Part shown: positions 13,990 through 28,567 of the stretch, in pieces
Position numbering within the stretch: the stretch's first letter is position 1
Layout: every line of letters starts with the position of its first letter
Source of the DNA: Lepidodermella squamata
Taxonomy: Eukaryota > Animalia > Gastrotricha
Reading direction: 5' to 3'
Length of the DNA stretch: 64,000 nucleotides
Assembly: GCA_047495785.1 (NCBI GenBank)
Contig: JBLDXI010000002.1
Span: forward strand, 1,674,001 to 1,738,000
The notes under the pieces: model-generated
Seen by the model: the letters and a program-made list of their open reading frames with translations, nothing else
Told to the model about the DNA's origin: nothing
Databases searched by the model: none
Translations under genes and position numbers: made by a program

Positions 13990-16900
13990 CTACTTAGAGA
14001 TACCGGAGTTGTTCTGCTTGCTTTTCTTAGTGCTCGGCAGCATTTTCTTGAGCAAACTCGACAGAAATCGAGACGACTTATCCTTATTGTTGCCGTGATT
14101 CATCGACGTATTAGCCGCCGAAAATTGCTGTTGCCCGTTGCTTCGAACGAACTGCTCATTCGGCCGGTGGAAAACAGGGTGCCCATTGCCGTTGTGGCCA
14201 GCAGCCATCCGGCTGTGATACGCCTCCGCCATTTTCTCAGCCTGTTCGTCTAAACTCGAGATGTTAACACCGTCGAATGCGTTACTCAACGCGACGTAGT
14301 TTGACATTGAATCTTCTTGATATTCGACCCCGGCTGTGATATATTGTGCATTATTCACGTATCGGTGATTGCTGAAAACAGGCGCCGGTTGCGAGGAAGA
14401 TTGAGGCTGTAGGGATCGCCGCATGTTCACGCCTCGCATGAACTGCTGTTGCATTTCTTCGACGACTATGACAGAGTTGGTTGGCGGGGCAGCGCCGGGT
14501 AGCAGGTTCGAATTGGCGATACTGCGGCGGTTTCGCATTCCTCGTTCAAAACTTCGCGTTCCGGCTATCACTTTTTCGTTTGATGAAACAGCGAGAAAGT
14601 CGGAACTTGCGACGCCAAATGACAGACTGCCACCGCCACTTTGAGAATCGCCTGAAAATTGAAAAAATATGTGAAAAATGTCAAAAATAATCAAATTATA
14701 CAATTAAATGGATATTGACATAAGAAATTGGAAACCCTAAATTTAGGACTTCAGCACTAAATTCCAGCCCCAAATTACCCAAAAATTTGGTTTCCGAGTT
14801 TAGAGCCTCTCAAAGAATCTGAATTTGGTACTGTCACACCACAATTGAAATAAAAAGTCTGTCTTAAAAATTAAAATTTAGAATGGCTAAATTAAAATTT
14901 TTAAGGCAGACTTTTTATTTCAATTTTTTATGCTATTTTCACAGGGGTACACCCCAAAAAGTGGCTCCAAATATGTAGGAATAGGATTACTTTATGGCTT
15001 TCCACGGAAAAATTCAATTTCCCCTCGATCTGGAACCCCGAGTGAGTTTGGCGCAGCCAAACGAATCGAGGTGTTCCAGCAAGTAGCAATTTTACAAATC
15101 CAGTACTTTTCCAAATTTTTCCAAAATCTTGAAAGCCACTAAGCTGATAATACCACCTTGGACACTATTTCAGTGGTGCTAATTTTACACCAAAAAATAA
15201 AGGTTAATTGAAGACAACAAAATGAAATTAAAAAAGTTGAAAATTCCTCCTTAAAATTGAGCATTTTAGAGGAAATTACCTGTTGAAGAGTCGATTTGAC
15301 TGGTTTGCAGGAGTTGACTACCACCGGTACTAATGCTGTTTCTCGGCCCGGTTCCAGCCGGTGAGACGATGATCCCGCCACCGCTGAGACTAGTCACAAT
15401 CGCTCCGCCCGGGTGATGTACCACCTCCCCACCCGACCCGGATGTATACGTGTTCCTCGTCAGAGCAGAGTCGTTCGAAGTCTGGCTATTCCCGGTACCA
15501 GCTGCGACCTCACTGACCCGTTCTAGAATGGTAACAACCTCCATGTGGCTGTTTTTCAGCGCCATTCTCAACGCAGTCCGGCCGTACTGGTCGACATGGC
15601 CCGGGTTCGCGCCGAAATCTAGCAAAATTTGCACGAGATCGGCGTGGCCCTCCTGCGCAGCGATGCATAGCGCTGTCGCACCTTGCGCGCAAACGTGGTC
15701 TACAGCCGCACCGGCTTCGAGCAGCTCGCGGCACGCAATCAAATGGCCCTGCCACGCCGCTGAATGCAGCGCAGACCGGCCTTCGTTATCGACGGCGTTG
15801 ACGTTGGCGTTGAATTCGATGAGAATTTTCAGAACTTCAACATGGCCCTGCCACGCGGCGACATGAAGCGGCGATCGGCCATTCGCGTCGCATAAATTCG
15901 GATGGGCCCCGCATTGCAGTAGGACGGTCGCGAGGGGGGTTGAGTTTGAAAACGCGGCTGTGAAGAGGGGCGGGTGGCCGGCTGGATCGGGCGCGTTGAC
16001 ATCGGCGTACCTGGCCAGGATGCGCACAGCCGGCCACTGTTCCGTGGCGACGGCCATTCGCAGCGCGTCGATGCCGTTTATGTCGAGGAGGAGGGGGTTG
16101 GCGCCGTAGCGAAGCAGGCACGAAATTACCGGGACGTGGCCAGCAGTGGCGGCGATCATCAGCGGGGTTCGACCGGCTGGGCCGAGAGCGTCGATTCGAG
16201 CACCTCGCTCAATCAGCATTTCACATATCTAAAGAAAAAAATGAACATTAATAATTCGATTAAAATCATTGAATTTCATTTCAATTTGGTGGGGTTTTAT
16301 TTTTGGATTTCGCGTTTGGAAGTCGGAACACACAATTTTTTAGGGCTTCTATCTTCCCAGGATATGACCCGATTTAAGAAAAAGTGCTTTTATTGCTGGT
16401 TATGGGAAAATATCAGAAAATTTCAAATTTTAATTTTAACAGAAATTTGCTAACAATTTCAACTTGGACGGAATAAGCGTTTTTTGCATTTGTTGTAAAT
16501 TTTTAGCCATCAGCTCAAATTTGGTGAATCATTCGATTATTCCGAATTAATTGCATAGGTTTCTTTAGAAAAGCCGATAAAATTCTGCGGATTACGCTAA
16601 TAAATTATCAAAATTCGCACCCGTCCGCATTTCATTTTTTTGATCAATCTGGATTTTTCAAATAATATTTGCATAAAAAATAATGCCCAGTGCAGAACCA
16701 CCCAAGAGTGAGCTAGAGAAATAACTAGGTCATGCATTGAAAATTCATCGCTTCGATGCCTAGGCACAAAACCATTAATTCCCTCGGGTTGAAAAAAACA
16801 GTACTCATAAATTGAAAAATGCAAATCTACAAGACTTAACGATTCATTCAATCCAGTCCTCAAAATTTTGCCAAAAAAAAATTTGACAGGACGAAAAAAA

Positions 16901-19900
16901 TCAAACTGCACTAATAAAAATTGATTGGAATAAAACGCATTAAGGAGGACGTACCCGAACGTGATTGCCAGCAGCAGCGAGGTGAAGTGCGGTGGAGCCG
17001 TCGTTATCGCAGTGGTTCTCATCGAGACCGCGATCCAGCAACATTTCAACACAACCAACATCACCAAACCGAGCGGCGACAGACAACGCGCTCCAGCCCT
17101 GTGCGTCAATCGCGTCTACGGACGCGTTCCAATACAACAGCATTCTTAGCGCTTCTTCGTGGCCCTGAGATGCGGCGAGGAAGAGTGCAGTTCTACCGAA
17201 TGAATCAGCTAAATCGACGTCGCAGTCGTTTTCGAGGAGCAGCTCACACGCTTGGACGAGGCCTCGGCTCGCGGCGAGGTGCAGGGGTGACGACCCCTCG
17301 TTATCGACCGCCTCCGCCGGGCATCCGGCCTCGAGTAGCTGGGTCATCAGGCTCAGCAGGCTGTCTTCTTCGTTTTCCGGCTGCGAGAGTAGCGCGAGGT
17401 GCAGACACGTCCGGCCTAGCGAGTCTCTAGCCGCGAAATCAGCGCCCAGGGCGAGCAGCACGCCGGCGATTTCCGCCCGGCACGCCGCGCACGCTGTCAT
17501 AAGCGGCGTCCGTCCGTCGCCGTCGTTATCCGGCGCATTGACCGCCGCGCCGGCCTGCAGCAGCCGGCGAACGGCCTCGACCTGCCCGTTCAAAATGGCA
17601 GCGTCCAGCGGGCTGCAGCCGTTATTCCGCAACTCGCCGTCTGGCAACGGGTCAAGCTGCGCGTTGACGTTTGCCCGGCCGGCGATTAATAAGTCAATGA
17701 CTCCCATGTGGCCTGACCAGGCGGCTGATCTTAACGGAGTCCAGCCGTCGATATCACACGACTCGACCTGAATTAAAAGAAAAAAATGAGATAAACATTG
17801 GATATTTTTTTGGATTGTTAATTAATCTAATTATTATTTTAATAAATGAAGGAGAAATTGAAAAAAATAGTAATAAAAATTCCACCTTAATTTTTTAGAA
17901 ATAAAGAATGATAGGTAAATTACACGTCCAAAACCACTTATGTATTCTTAATCAACTGATTTATGATTTACGATATTGGCTTTTAACTTAGGTAGAGTGA
18001 AAAGCCAAGAAATTCGTCGAATTCCAATGTAACAAAACAAATTAAAAATTATTTTATGCTGTAGAAAATTTTTTCCTACAAATAAAGCGAAGTATTATTG
18101 AGGGGGCTATCACGTGGCATACTTCGTTCTCATTTTAGTGAAACTCATATCCTCCGCTGCAAAATTCTAACTCAATCACGGGGATGAATGTGGTATAGCA
18201 ATATTTTCTAAAATGTCTTGGTAATTCCAAAAAAAGAGCGAGGCAAACGAACAAGGCTCTGATAAATCACTTCGGGTCTTTTTGCCACAAATTCGGTTTT
18301 TTTTAAAAAAAAAAGCGCAAAATTATTGGTTCACTAGAAGCATTTAACCCGGAAATTTGGTTCCAAGCTGGACGAAGATTCAGAATTACTAACCAATATC
18401 CGTAAAATCTATACTGCAAATGAGAATTTTAGTTAATAACGTAAAATAATAATTTCTAAATGAATTTAAGCGAATTAAATTGAATCTAAAAGCTTACGTT
18501 AGCTCCCAAATCTAGCAAAAGTTGCACGACTTTCTCGAAGCCGCACTTCGACGCAAGAATCAGAGGAGTTTGGCCGAATTCGTCACGAATTTCCAACACA
18601 GCCGAAACTGAATCGATTGTCTCAGCAGTGGTAGTAGTAGCAGAAGATAATGACGCTCTGGTATTAGATCTCTGCAGAGAAGGCGGCCGCTTCAACAGGT
18701 CCTGGCACGCGTCGGTATCACCGTTCTCGATGGCGGAAAACAGCTGGCGCCGAAAATCGTCGATCGGCGAAGCGCGACTGGCAGCGGCCAACGGTTGGAT
18801 GGGGCGGGGTCCGAACGAGGCAGCTATTGTAGTAGCCCCGCCTCCCGACGATGAGGCATGCATTTTTGAGGAAGCAATCTAAACAACAACAACAACAAAA
18901 ATCAACTGTGTTATCTCTCGGCCAAACACAGTTCGGATGGCTAGCAATGATGAATGGGTTGGAAAAATCACGCAAAACATCATTAATCAAGCGTAGGATA
19001 ATAAAACCTAGGATGAGTGATGCTAAGGCACGCGGATGAGTGATAGTCAAAGATGTGAGAATACATTTACACAACCTACTACTACTGTTGTGTTAAAAAC
19101 GGAGAGAGACACAGAAGAACATAGAGAGGCCAAGTGTGCAGCTCAGCCAATCTGAAGATAAACACGCGCGATGGGAGATTAAGCGGCGTATTAGCCTTTT
19201 ATACGAAAAAAAAACCACCACCATCACCGTGGTCAGAAAACGGTGAAGCGAAAGCGCGCAGCAATTCCGCCGCACAGCTGGCCGAAACTATTTACTAACA
19301 CGGTGGCGGTCATCATCATGCAATCATCATCATCATCATCATCAGCTGGCAAAAGCAAACGCTTTTCCGACCTTGCGTTACCATGTATGTATGCAGTACC
19401 GAAATAGCGGCTAGTTATTATTATTATTGTTATACAGTCCTACCGAATAGCCGGAAAAAAGAATAAACAAACGGAAAAGCGTGCGCTTTTTAAGGCGGCT
19501 GGCTGGGGACCTAGAGAGCCCATTGTCGCCACATTTTTCTGAGACACAAGAGCTACGTCTAGTGTATAATTGTAATATTATTACATTACGCAAGATCTCG
19601 TTCGTGTTATATTATATTATTTTAAAAGCGTGCACTAGAGTAGAAAAAAGGTTGCGGCTACAAAAAGAGTGAACACAACACACGCGCGAGCAATCATCAA
19701 CTCGACGACCACCAACATCTAACGGCGCCTAATGATGATGCAGCAGCATGATGATGATGGTATATTACATTACACGACAAAACAAACGCAAATGTCGCGC
19801 GCCTTTTACATGTTATAACCAACTTCTACAAAAAAACAAATAGACATGAGAAATCAGACGCTGATGCGGCAAGCAACACAATCGATTTCGCGCTACTAAT

Positions 19901-22900
19901 AAGTGAATTACACGGGTCTAAATTGCGCTGGACGCGCTGATTCTTCTGAGCCCGCGCGCACTGTTTGGAATATTAATGACGATGCGCCAAGCGACGAGAC
20001 ACGAGCCGGCGCTGCTGCTGCAGATAGCCGGCCAAGATATATATGGCGGCACGCTTAACCAAGACGACGTGACAAAGTTTAAGAAATGACCGCGCGCGCG
20101 CGCGTGAAAAGTGTTGCGTTTCATTAAATTAACTCGGCTGCCGGAGCCTCTACCGAAACGACGTCCTCTTTTGTTTGTTTATTTATTTCAACGCCAGCTA
20201 CGGTATGCGCAAAAACTTCCTACTTCTGCAGTCATAGCACAGGAATTCTTATTCATTTCGGGCAGCGAAAAAAACCCAAAACAAAACACTTGACTAATGC
20301 CATAAAATCGCGGCAAAATTGAATAATGAAGAGAGCAAGCAGTGATGAAAAAACGCACTGAGCCATCTAGATAATTATTTATTCGGAAGTCTGATTTCAG
20401 TTCAAACATATCGAGTTGTACGCTTGCGTGGTCCGAAATATAGAAGTTCCTCCTTAAAATATAAAAAATCTTTCAACGGAACCAAATTTCAAATCTAGGC
20501 ACCTAATACAAACTAGAAACCATGTCATTTTTTCAATATTCTTTGAAATAGTTAGAAAATTTTCTCAAAGAGATGATCAAGCCATGCAGTGAAAATCAAC
20601 CGGAATTTTCTGGTAGTTAACGTAGACCTTTCGAAACTTCAGAAAAAGTTGTCTAGACCTGACTATTTTAGGTGGCTCTGTCCCGAAATGTGGTCCAAAT
20701 TTTATGGTAGCCGGATCGATTTTGGGGTTTCGAGCTCGTTTTAGGCACGAAAAGGTGAAATTTATGGAGGATTTGGGGAAAATGCCTTATATTTCCTATG
20801 TATTTCATAATTCCTGTTTAGACATCTTTCCTTGTAAACATGAAATTCCGGGAAATTTTGAAAAAAGCATTATTAGGCGAATTACTCTTTCAAAAGTTGG
20901 TTCCGCTTTTTAAATTCATAAAAAAATTGACGAAAGTGGGCGAAATAATAATTCAAAATTTGATTCCGCTATTAGTGGCACCCCTTAAAATATTTTCCTA
21001 TTTCTGATAAGAGAAAATTAATCAAATCGACACTTCCGATTACAATATTGATACGATAAGTGTAAAAACATGTCTTTTTTGGTACGAGATAGCAAAAATC
21101 TAAAGCGAAAAACATGATAAAGCCAAGCCTAGGAGGAAAGTGTTATTTGAGTGTGATCGAGTGCAATGATATCCTAGTTCTGCCAAGTATACCTACTAGA
21201 GATATTATATAACACATCTTCACACCGGCCGCACTGAAAACGGTAGAGGTATAAGCATAAAACAAAAAATAATAATAATAGCCGATGGTAGTCATATCTC
21301 GTTCTGGACCCACCCATCAAAAATAGATTGATGAAAAGATAAACAATGATTCTATGGCACAACGCGGAAGCACCACCTTAATAATATGCGGTTTCGAGAT
21401 AGTAGTAAGTACTTGAGCGCAAAACCATAAAATTAGCGAATAAAATCGATTTTTATTAATATGCGCAAGGTCAGCGCGTGTGAAATGCGCGCGGAAGAAG
21501 CTATTTAAACACGCAGAAGATACAAAACGGGTCGTGCTGATAATAATATATAAAATCAAGACACGAGACTGTTTCGTTTGTGGTGGTGTTGTTTGGTGGT
21601 GGTAAATAAAACGCCGCGCTTTACTCATGAATCCACCACCACCACCACCAGTTCTATCTATATATATTCAGACAACAGTAATAGCATTAACTGGCCTGAA
21701 GCGAGGAAGAAGAAGAAGAAGCCAAGTCGTCACAATTTATTAGTGGAAGATGGGCCAACAATAACCGCCTAAACAACGCGCTAAATAATAAACACGAGAC
21801 TATTGTTGGTGGGTTGATACTAGTAGTAAAGACGGGGCCGAATAAACATCATCTCGAGCACGTACCTTGGCTGTTGTTTGTTGTAGCACTTTGCGAGGCG
21901 ATTTGCGTTTCGACGCGCCCCTCTGCTGAGTCCCAGGCCTACGCGCCTCGCTCTCAGAACTCGTCGTCGTCGTCGACTCGACAACAAACCGCCGCGTGCT
22001 CAACTTGACGTCGGCAAGCCACACCGCGAAACTCGGGTGGAAAAGGCTGACGAAGAGCAGCGGCGCCGTTCGCGCCACCGGCGACTGAATATCAGCGCCA
22101 CCGGGCAGAGGGCTCGGACTGCCACTGCCCTGACTAGCCGGGCCTATGACTAGGATATGCTCCAGCATAGGCCGTGTTTGCATCAGTGAGGCCAGCCCTG
22201 GGTAGGCCGCGTGTAGAGATTCGTCGAATGGCAGAGCTTTCTCGCGGACGAGGGCGGTGAAGAAGGGGCGAAGTTCGCGCTGGAAATCGACGCCGGCGAA
22301 GGCGCGTTCGGACAGCCACAGGTAGAAACCGTTCAGCGTTGCGGGTAACTGCGGCACTTCGGCTGGCATGAGGCATCGCGAAATTATTAAGTCGAAAGCC
22401 TGCGAAAACATCGAATTTCAGTTCAGCTTCGAAAATTTAAGCTACAAGGTCAATTTATCACTTGGTAATCGCTTTTAGGAGAATTTTGAAGACCATTCTG
22501 GATTCCTTTTTGGAAAGGGTGTACATTTCAGGGGTTTCACCAGCAATTTTGGGACTTTCTTCACCAACAAATCTGAAATTTCCAATTTCATCAAAAATTT
22601 CGGGTTTTCTACCATCAATTTTGGTATTTTTGCAAGAAAAATGGATTTTTTCTTAAAAAATCAGATTAATACCCGCTGATTTAGTCGAAAGCTGTTCTAA
22701 ACATTTGACGGTAAAAAACCTGAAATTGATGGTGAAGTTTGAATTTTCCGGTTTGTTGGTGAAAATCCCGAATTTGACGGTAGAAAGCATTTTCCCCTTT
22801 CGGAAATTTCAACTTATCGCAGTTGAAGTTTCACGTCAACGCGGTACATCTTTCCCTTAAGGTATTTTTTACGATGAAATTTCAACTTTCTTTCCTGCAA

Positions 22901-24646
22901 CCCTGAATTCAGAATTCGCCTCGAGACATTCCCATGACGTATTTGGACAACGAGCATCAAGTTTTTGGTTCATCCATGTCATCTAAGCTCAATAGAACTG
23001 CCCTATTTTTCCAACGGCGAGTTGAAATATTGAGCTCAAGTTTTTTTAAAGAAGTCGCGTACATTTTGACGTGTACTTTCGAGTCATTTTAGGGGATGAA
23101 TAACCCCTAAAACGCTCATTTACGAGCTCTGATGCGTTTATTTTTCTATTTTCATGAGTGAAATTTACACACCTTATAAAAATACACTCATTGAAAATGA
23201 TACGATAAACACTCGCTCCTTTCAAAACGATAGAAAAATCTAAAATTCTAATTTTTTTCAATTTGTTTGCATGGGTGAATCGAGTTATTAGTAAAGAGTC
23301 CCTTTAATAGGCTAAAAACTCTTCTTCACTCAAGTTGTTATAGATTTTTCTATTTTCTGTCAAGGCTTTAAGGTCTGAATCAAAGCGATTTTGGTCCCAA
23401 TCATCTGGAACTACGCATCAACTTCAATTTTTTCTATTAGTGGACCATATAATGTTGAAATTTCATCGAATTACAGCCCAGCAATTTATATCATTGAGGT
23501 AGTATATGAATCCAAAAGCCCCATCCCCAAGAAATAACATCGCGGCTTTGACAGCTGGGTCAACAAGCATCCAACCCGAACCTTCTGCTTCTACATCACC
23601 GCGTTAATTGGAGCATAAAACACTTTCTCCAGCCAATTTCAACACATAAAAACGCAATTTGCATTCACGAACTGAAGTCCGTTACTGATAAGAAAAACGT
23701 AGATGAATGTGATAAAACTCACTTTTTCGAGGTAAAGAATGCAGCCGTTAGATTTAATCAGCAGCTTTTCCACCGTTTCGTTGATGACTTTGTTATCGCC
23801 GAGAAAAAGCGGGCCACCGGCAGCTGATATGCGCATTTGGCAGTAGCCGCGCAAATCATCCGCAACTTCATTGCGCTTCGTGTCGTCTAAAATAAATTTG
23901 CGACACGGCACGCCGGATGAAAAGCCGCGAATAACAGCCTTCGACCGGCGATTACACGACGCGACAATTATCAGCCAACTAGGCAGGGAAGATTGATTTT
24001 GCAGGAAGAGATCGACAATAGGGTAATTGGTCATCACCGGTCCGATCGAGTTTAGATTGTCTTTACTCGACGACATGTCCGACAGCGAGGACGACACGAC
24101 GGAATCGTTCAATTCCGGCGTATGAGCCGCGTTGTAATTTTGAGCAAATGACGCCCGAAAAGGCACATCGATATCATCGATCATGAGCACAACTTTTGAA
24201 GCAGATCGCCATTGAATGTTGAGCAGAGGTGTGAGGACTAGTGAAAGAAATTGCTGGTTCACAATATCGAATGTTTGGTCGTTCAACGGCAGTGATCGGA
24301 AATTTTCGCGGTCTGTCGTAAAAGCGAGACCGCGCAGTTTGAAAAAACTTTGTAATTGAGCGTTTATCGACAGCAGTAACTCGAGCGGCGATAGAAAACG
24401 GTCCGAATAAACAACACAACCGATTTGAGGAAAAATCAACGCGTCACTCCGGTTTTGGGCTATGTTAGCTATCAACGACGTTTTGCCGCAACCAGCCCCG
24501 CCGACGATGAGCACATTTCGTGGGGTTGAATCGGAGATAAAGGACGCATCCGGATGCACGCAATCTGAATTCACGTAACGAACGAGTTTGTTGATGGCCC
24601 AGCGCCGGCCGTAAAATGGCTTGGGCAAGTTTTCGTTGTTGAGCAT
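13990..24646 (-). CDS. ANKRD50: Ankyrin repeat domain-containing protein 50-like (P-loop NTPase plus ankyrin repeats); exons 24646-23723, 22399-21866, 18878-18498, 17767-16955, 16228-15280, 14651-13990
   Basis: FYGRRWAINKL, Walker A GGAGCGKTS, KSNGCILYLEK, LPATLNGFYLWL, LFHPSFAVWLADVK and WTPLRSAAWSGH, followed by many ankyrin repeats. All six exons join in frame at GT-AG sites. Confidence 0.88.
14843..14925. repeat. Near-perfect 83-bp hairpin (inverted repeat) in the last ANKRD50 intron
   Basis: AATTGAAATAAAAAGTCTGTCTTAAAAATT ... AATTTTTAAGGCAGACTTTTTATTTCAATT: a 30-bp stem with one G-U pair. Confidence 0.8.
22535..22790. mobile_element. Degenerate foldback/MITE-like inverted repeat in ANKRD50 intron 1
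   Basis: TTCACCAACAAATCTGAAATTT...TTCTACCATCAATTT is mirrored by TTTGACGGTAAAAAACCTGAAATTGATGGTGAAG...GTTTGTTGGTGAAAATCCC. Boundaries are approximate. Confidence 0.5.
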
Positions 24647-26394
24647 GGCGGGTCACAACATCTAAGGGGTAACTACTAATCGTGAAAAGAGCTGCTTTCA
24701 ACAATCACAGCATGTTCCACGCAGTTTTTGAACAATAACAATATCTAGAATTTAAGTAAAAAATCCACCTTAAAAAATTATGATAATTACGGAGTTGATC
24801 AAAGACTATTTAATTAGCTGTTTTTTGTGTGTTTAGCCTTTTGGGATAACGTTAAGTTGAGGCCAAGATGAATCCATGTGAAAAGATCAGAAAGTCAGAC
24901 AGCGTGACAAATTAATTTCCGTTAATCAGGCAGAGCTGAGTCTAATTTATAGGCGCAATTCATAATCAGGGCCTATCGAACCGTCTAGTTTGCGGCCGCG
25001 GTAAACAAGGTGTGTCTATGTTTTTCAGCCGCGCAGGAGATTAACCGACGGCCCGCGCTCGCGCGCATTAATACGCCTCACTAACCTCCCGAGCCGGATT
25101 ATCATAAAGGATAAATCATTTATACCATGTATTATTAGCGCAATTTATTGTTATTTATGGCAGCGCCAAGTGCCTACGTGATCAATTAATAGCACATCAA
25201 GAGCGATGCCATAATAGCATTGAGAATAATGCCTGCCATCTGCAATCAATTGAGCTTGTCCGCCTTTGCACTTCCGAGTGAATAGGGTTGCGAAAATGTC
25301 ACTGGTTGCCTTTGAAAATCGTCGTATTTACGATATAAATAAATAATAAATCTAAAAATGAATGAAAACAAACAGTTAGTAACACACAAAAGAAGCAATT
25401 TTTATAACAAGAATATCAATCCTGATAAAAACAGGCGCCTATTAACGTAGACAAAAAGCAACAAACACATTGGTCGTATCTCGCGCGAGTCGCGAGCGCG
25501 TGACATCGAATTTTTATTAATTATTTATAGTCGCTTTGCAGCTATTATTGTTATTGATAAAACGAAACGCGAAATTAGTGCTTATTCATGTCATTTGACA
25601 CTGATTAATTACTAGAGACGAAGATGAGCGCGAGATACCGACAAATTAGTTACAATTTAGCTGCAGTAAATCGTACACAAAATACTATTATTCACAAAGA
25701 AGACAGGCGAAGAAACATTCATTATTACTGAAGAATAGAACAGCAAAACAGTAGTCATGATCAAATGATGCCTCAGTTTATTAATTAATTCTTTTATCAG
25801 TGGTCAAGCGTCTTGCTTCGAGCAAGATTATTGTTGCATTGCTTTAGCTGCATTGGAAGGGAATGGATTAGCTGAGACAGTAAGAGAGAAAAGTCCCCGC
25901 GAGGAGTATTGCATTGATCCAGCATAGCATTCGGAAGTAAATATATAAAGCACAACAAATACATGGAAGTTCGCCAAAAGACGACATTTAAACAACTCAA
26001 GTAGGCGGTGATTCGCGATCACCAGCAGTGTCAATTTTGAGGCTTGGCCCGTTTTTCAGACTACATTACTTGGCATTACGATACTGGTAAGTCAAACTGA
26101 GGTAAAGAAATAAGCAGAGAAGATATTTCCTTGATAAAACGCTATGGAAAAATAATAAAACGGTCTATAGGTTGTGCTGAGATATCGGCTGAAAATTATC
26201 AGCGCCCGAGTCAGATCATACTCCGTCTTTCAAGGTGTTCTATGAAATATCAGGGAACAAAAGGCAAGATCTTTAAATAATTAATGAACTGCTATAGGTC
26301 AAATAAAAGGATTTGATTTGTTCTTTCACACCTCCAGTTTAAAGATTCAAATGAAAAAGTAGGTACCAAAATTTAAGGGATAAGAAGAAGTTGA

Positions 26395-27524
26395 TTAACG
26401 AGTGGCATGAAGCATTTTATCAGCCGCGGGATCGTGATGGTGTTTACGTCCGTTGTGCGCATTATGATGCCCATTGAATTCGCACTCCACCTCAGCGTAT
26501 TCATCGCAACCGCGCGTGTAAGGAAGATGACGCAACTCCTTCACGTGCTTGAAATTACCAGCGAGACATATAACAAAGTTCAACTAGATTAATGAAACGG
26601 AATGAAAGCATTCAGGGTATATTCAAAACAAGACTAACCATTGCCAATATAGACAAGAATGCGCCTCCGAGAGCGATGGAGAGAGGAATCAGCAAGTGCA
26701 TTTTCTGGAAGTATTTTTTGTTAAACAGCTCATTTCTCAAAAAGAGACAAGGTTCTTACGTTGGTCTCATAATACTCGAGCTCCTGGCCGCAAAAATGAG
26801 CAGATTCTGAGGGTCCTGACAGCACTTTGTAAGCAACCGTGGCATTCACTGTCCCGGAGCTCATGTCTTGATTACCGATATGATTGACAGCCTCACTAGA
26901 AGCTCTCAAACCTAAACATTCATTTAAAGCATTTTCAACGAAACTGAAAAATGACTGAGTCAATTCATACCGAAATTACGAAAATCGACGCATCCTTTCA
27001 TCGTAGGATCTCTAAACCAGGTTGTTACCAATAATACTGCAACAGGAATGCAATGGACACAGAGGATGATGGTCCATAACAGCTGGAGAATGTATGCCAA
27101 AAATAACGACATAGATATGCAACAACCAGCACCAGCATTTCGAGCTTTTGTAACAAGCAAATGTCGACTAGTCGCGCCGCTCGAGCAGCTGTTGATAAGC
27201 AAAAAATTTGTTGCTAAAAACAGCGTGATTCCAGCGAAGCCAACGGCGCCCCATTCCAGAAAAGGAAACCTAAACAGGGGTAAAGCGTGATTTACGGTTG
27301 TACATTTAGCAAATGTAAGCTCACATTGACGCGTCTTGAAAGAGTTCACGTATAAACTTCAGTCCCACAAATGTGCCGCCGACGTACATGCCATTTCCAA
27401 GCAATAATATGATCCAGGAAACGACGGAAACGCAAGGCACTCTTGAAAGGCATCCCATGCAACCGGGTTGATATGGCCTCTTAAATCCTTCAACAGGTTC
27501 GGTTTGCATTCTAGGATCCATCAA
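26395..27524 (-). CDS. M6: Proteolipid protein M6/DM20 family (tetraspan neuronal membrane glycoprotein), about 5 exons
   Basis: GCMGCLSRVPCVSVVSWIILLLG, SSGATSRH, CVDFRNFG, ALGGAFLSILAM|LNFVICLAGNFKHVK. Four hydrophobic helices in the myelin-PLP family arrangement, with short GT-AG introns. Confidence 0.85.
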
Positions 27525-28567
27525 TCATGAACGGGTGCAATGAAGCTGACAAGATGATGTTAGCGTCAGCGCAACTCAGATCCGAGATGTCGCGAGACTG
27601 CAAAAGTAAAGGGTTCTCCTTGGTTGTTGCTTCTTTCAGCACCGTTAAAGAGCAGCCCGTCAGAACTAAACTTCAAGTTTCAAGATAACGCGGAACCGGC
27701 GGCAAAACCAAAATTGGATCCGGCGGAACGTTGAAGGTTTTCCTACGCTATAATTTTTAGCTGAAATATAAATTGAATAGTAAAAATAAATATTATACTA
27801 CAATTTCAAGTAGAATATGACCAATAAATTGCCGTAGTAAATTTTGATGATTTTTTCACGACTGATTTTTTGATCGATTTCGATCCTTGAATCGTCGCCT
27901 GATCGAGCCGGTCCTTAATTCTACTCTTCCGATGAGATACCCAAATAGCATGATGCTTTCGTCCGTAAGTGACTTTGCCAGGTTGATTTATGGCTTTCAA
28001 ATTGTGACCAGTTGACAAAGATTCGGCAAGTGAAACTGAGCAATTTCGCGAGCCCCGTAGCTGGTCAGCTAACTAGAGAGATGCGCGCGCATTAAAGCTT
28101 TCTCTATAGTTACACATCTATAACTATCTATTTATAGCATCTGCCACGTATCTGGCGTATACAAGGCATACTCGAGCCCGAACTAGTTCCGCAATCTCTC
28201 GCTGATAGATGCGACATTTTCGATTCACTGATACCGATCTCAGTACTGATTCACTGACACTGCTTAACCAATCAATCAGCGTAGGTGTAGATCTCTCAAT
28301 GTATTTGCTTCTGCTATATTTAGACAACCAAATTCACATCCAAAATAGCCAGATAATCTGAATTTAATTTGAATTAAAGAATCTTCTGAAACTACGGTTT
28401 TGAAAAATGCGATTTAACATGTTCTCAACCTTTATTGTAATTGTAAAGCGCACACATGAAACAGATTTGAGATACGGCATAGGAAAGCAGGGACTTTCCT
28501 TTTCGCGAAATCAATTTGCTGAGGCGACATCTAGTGCTAAAAACGTGAGTGTCGGTTATCCATATGG

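Noticed and set aside
13990-24646. Ankyrin gene next to the Irx cluster as Sowah (the classic Irx neighbour)
   Set aside because: It has an N-terminal P-loop domain and ANKRD50-specific motifs, which Sowah lacks.
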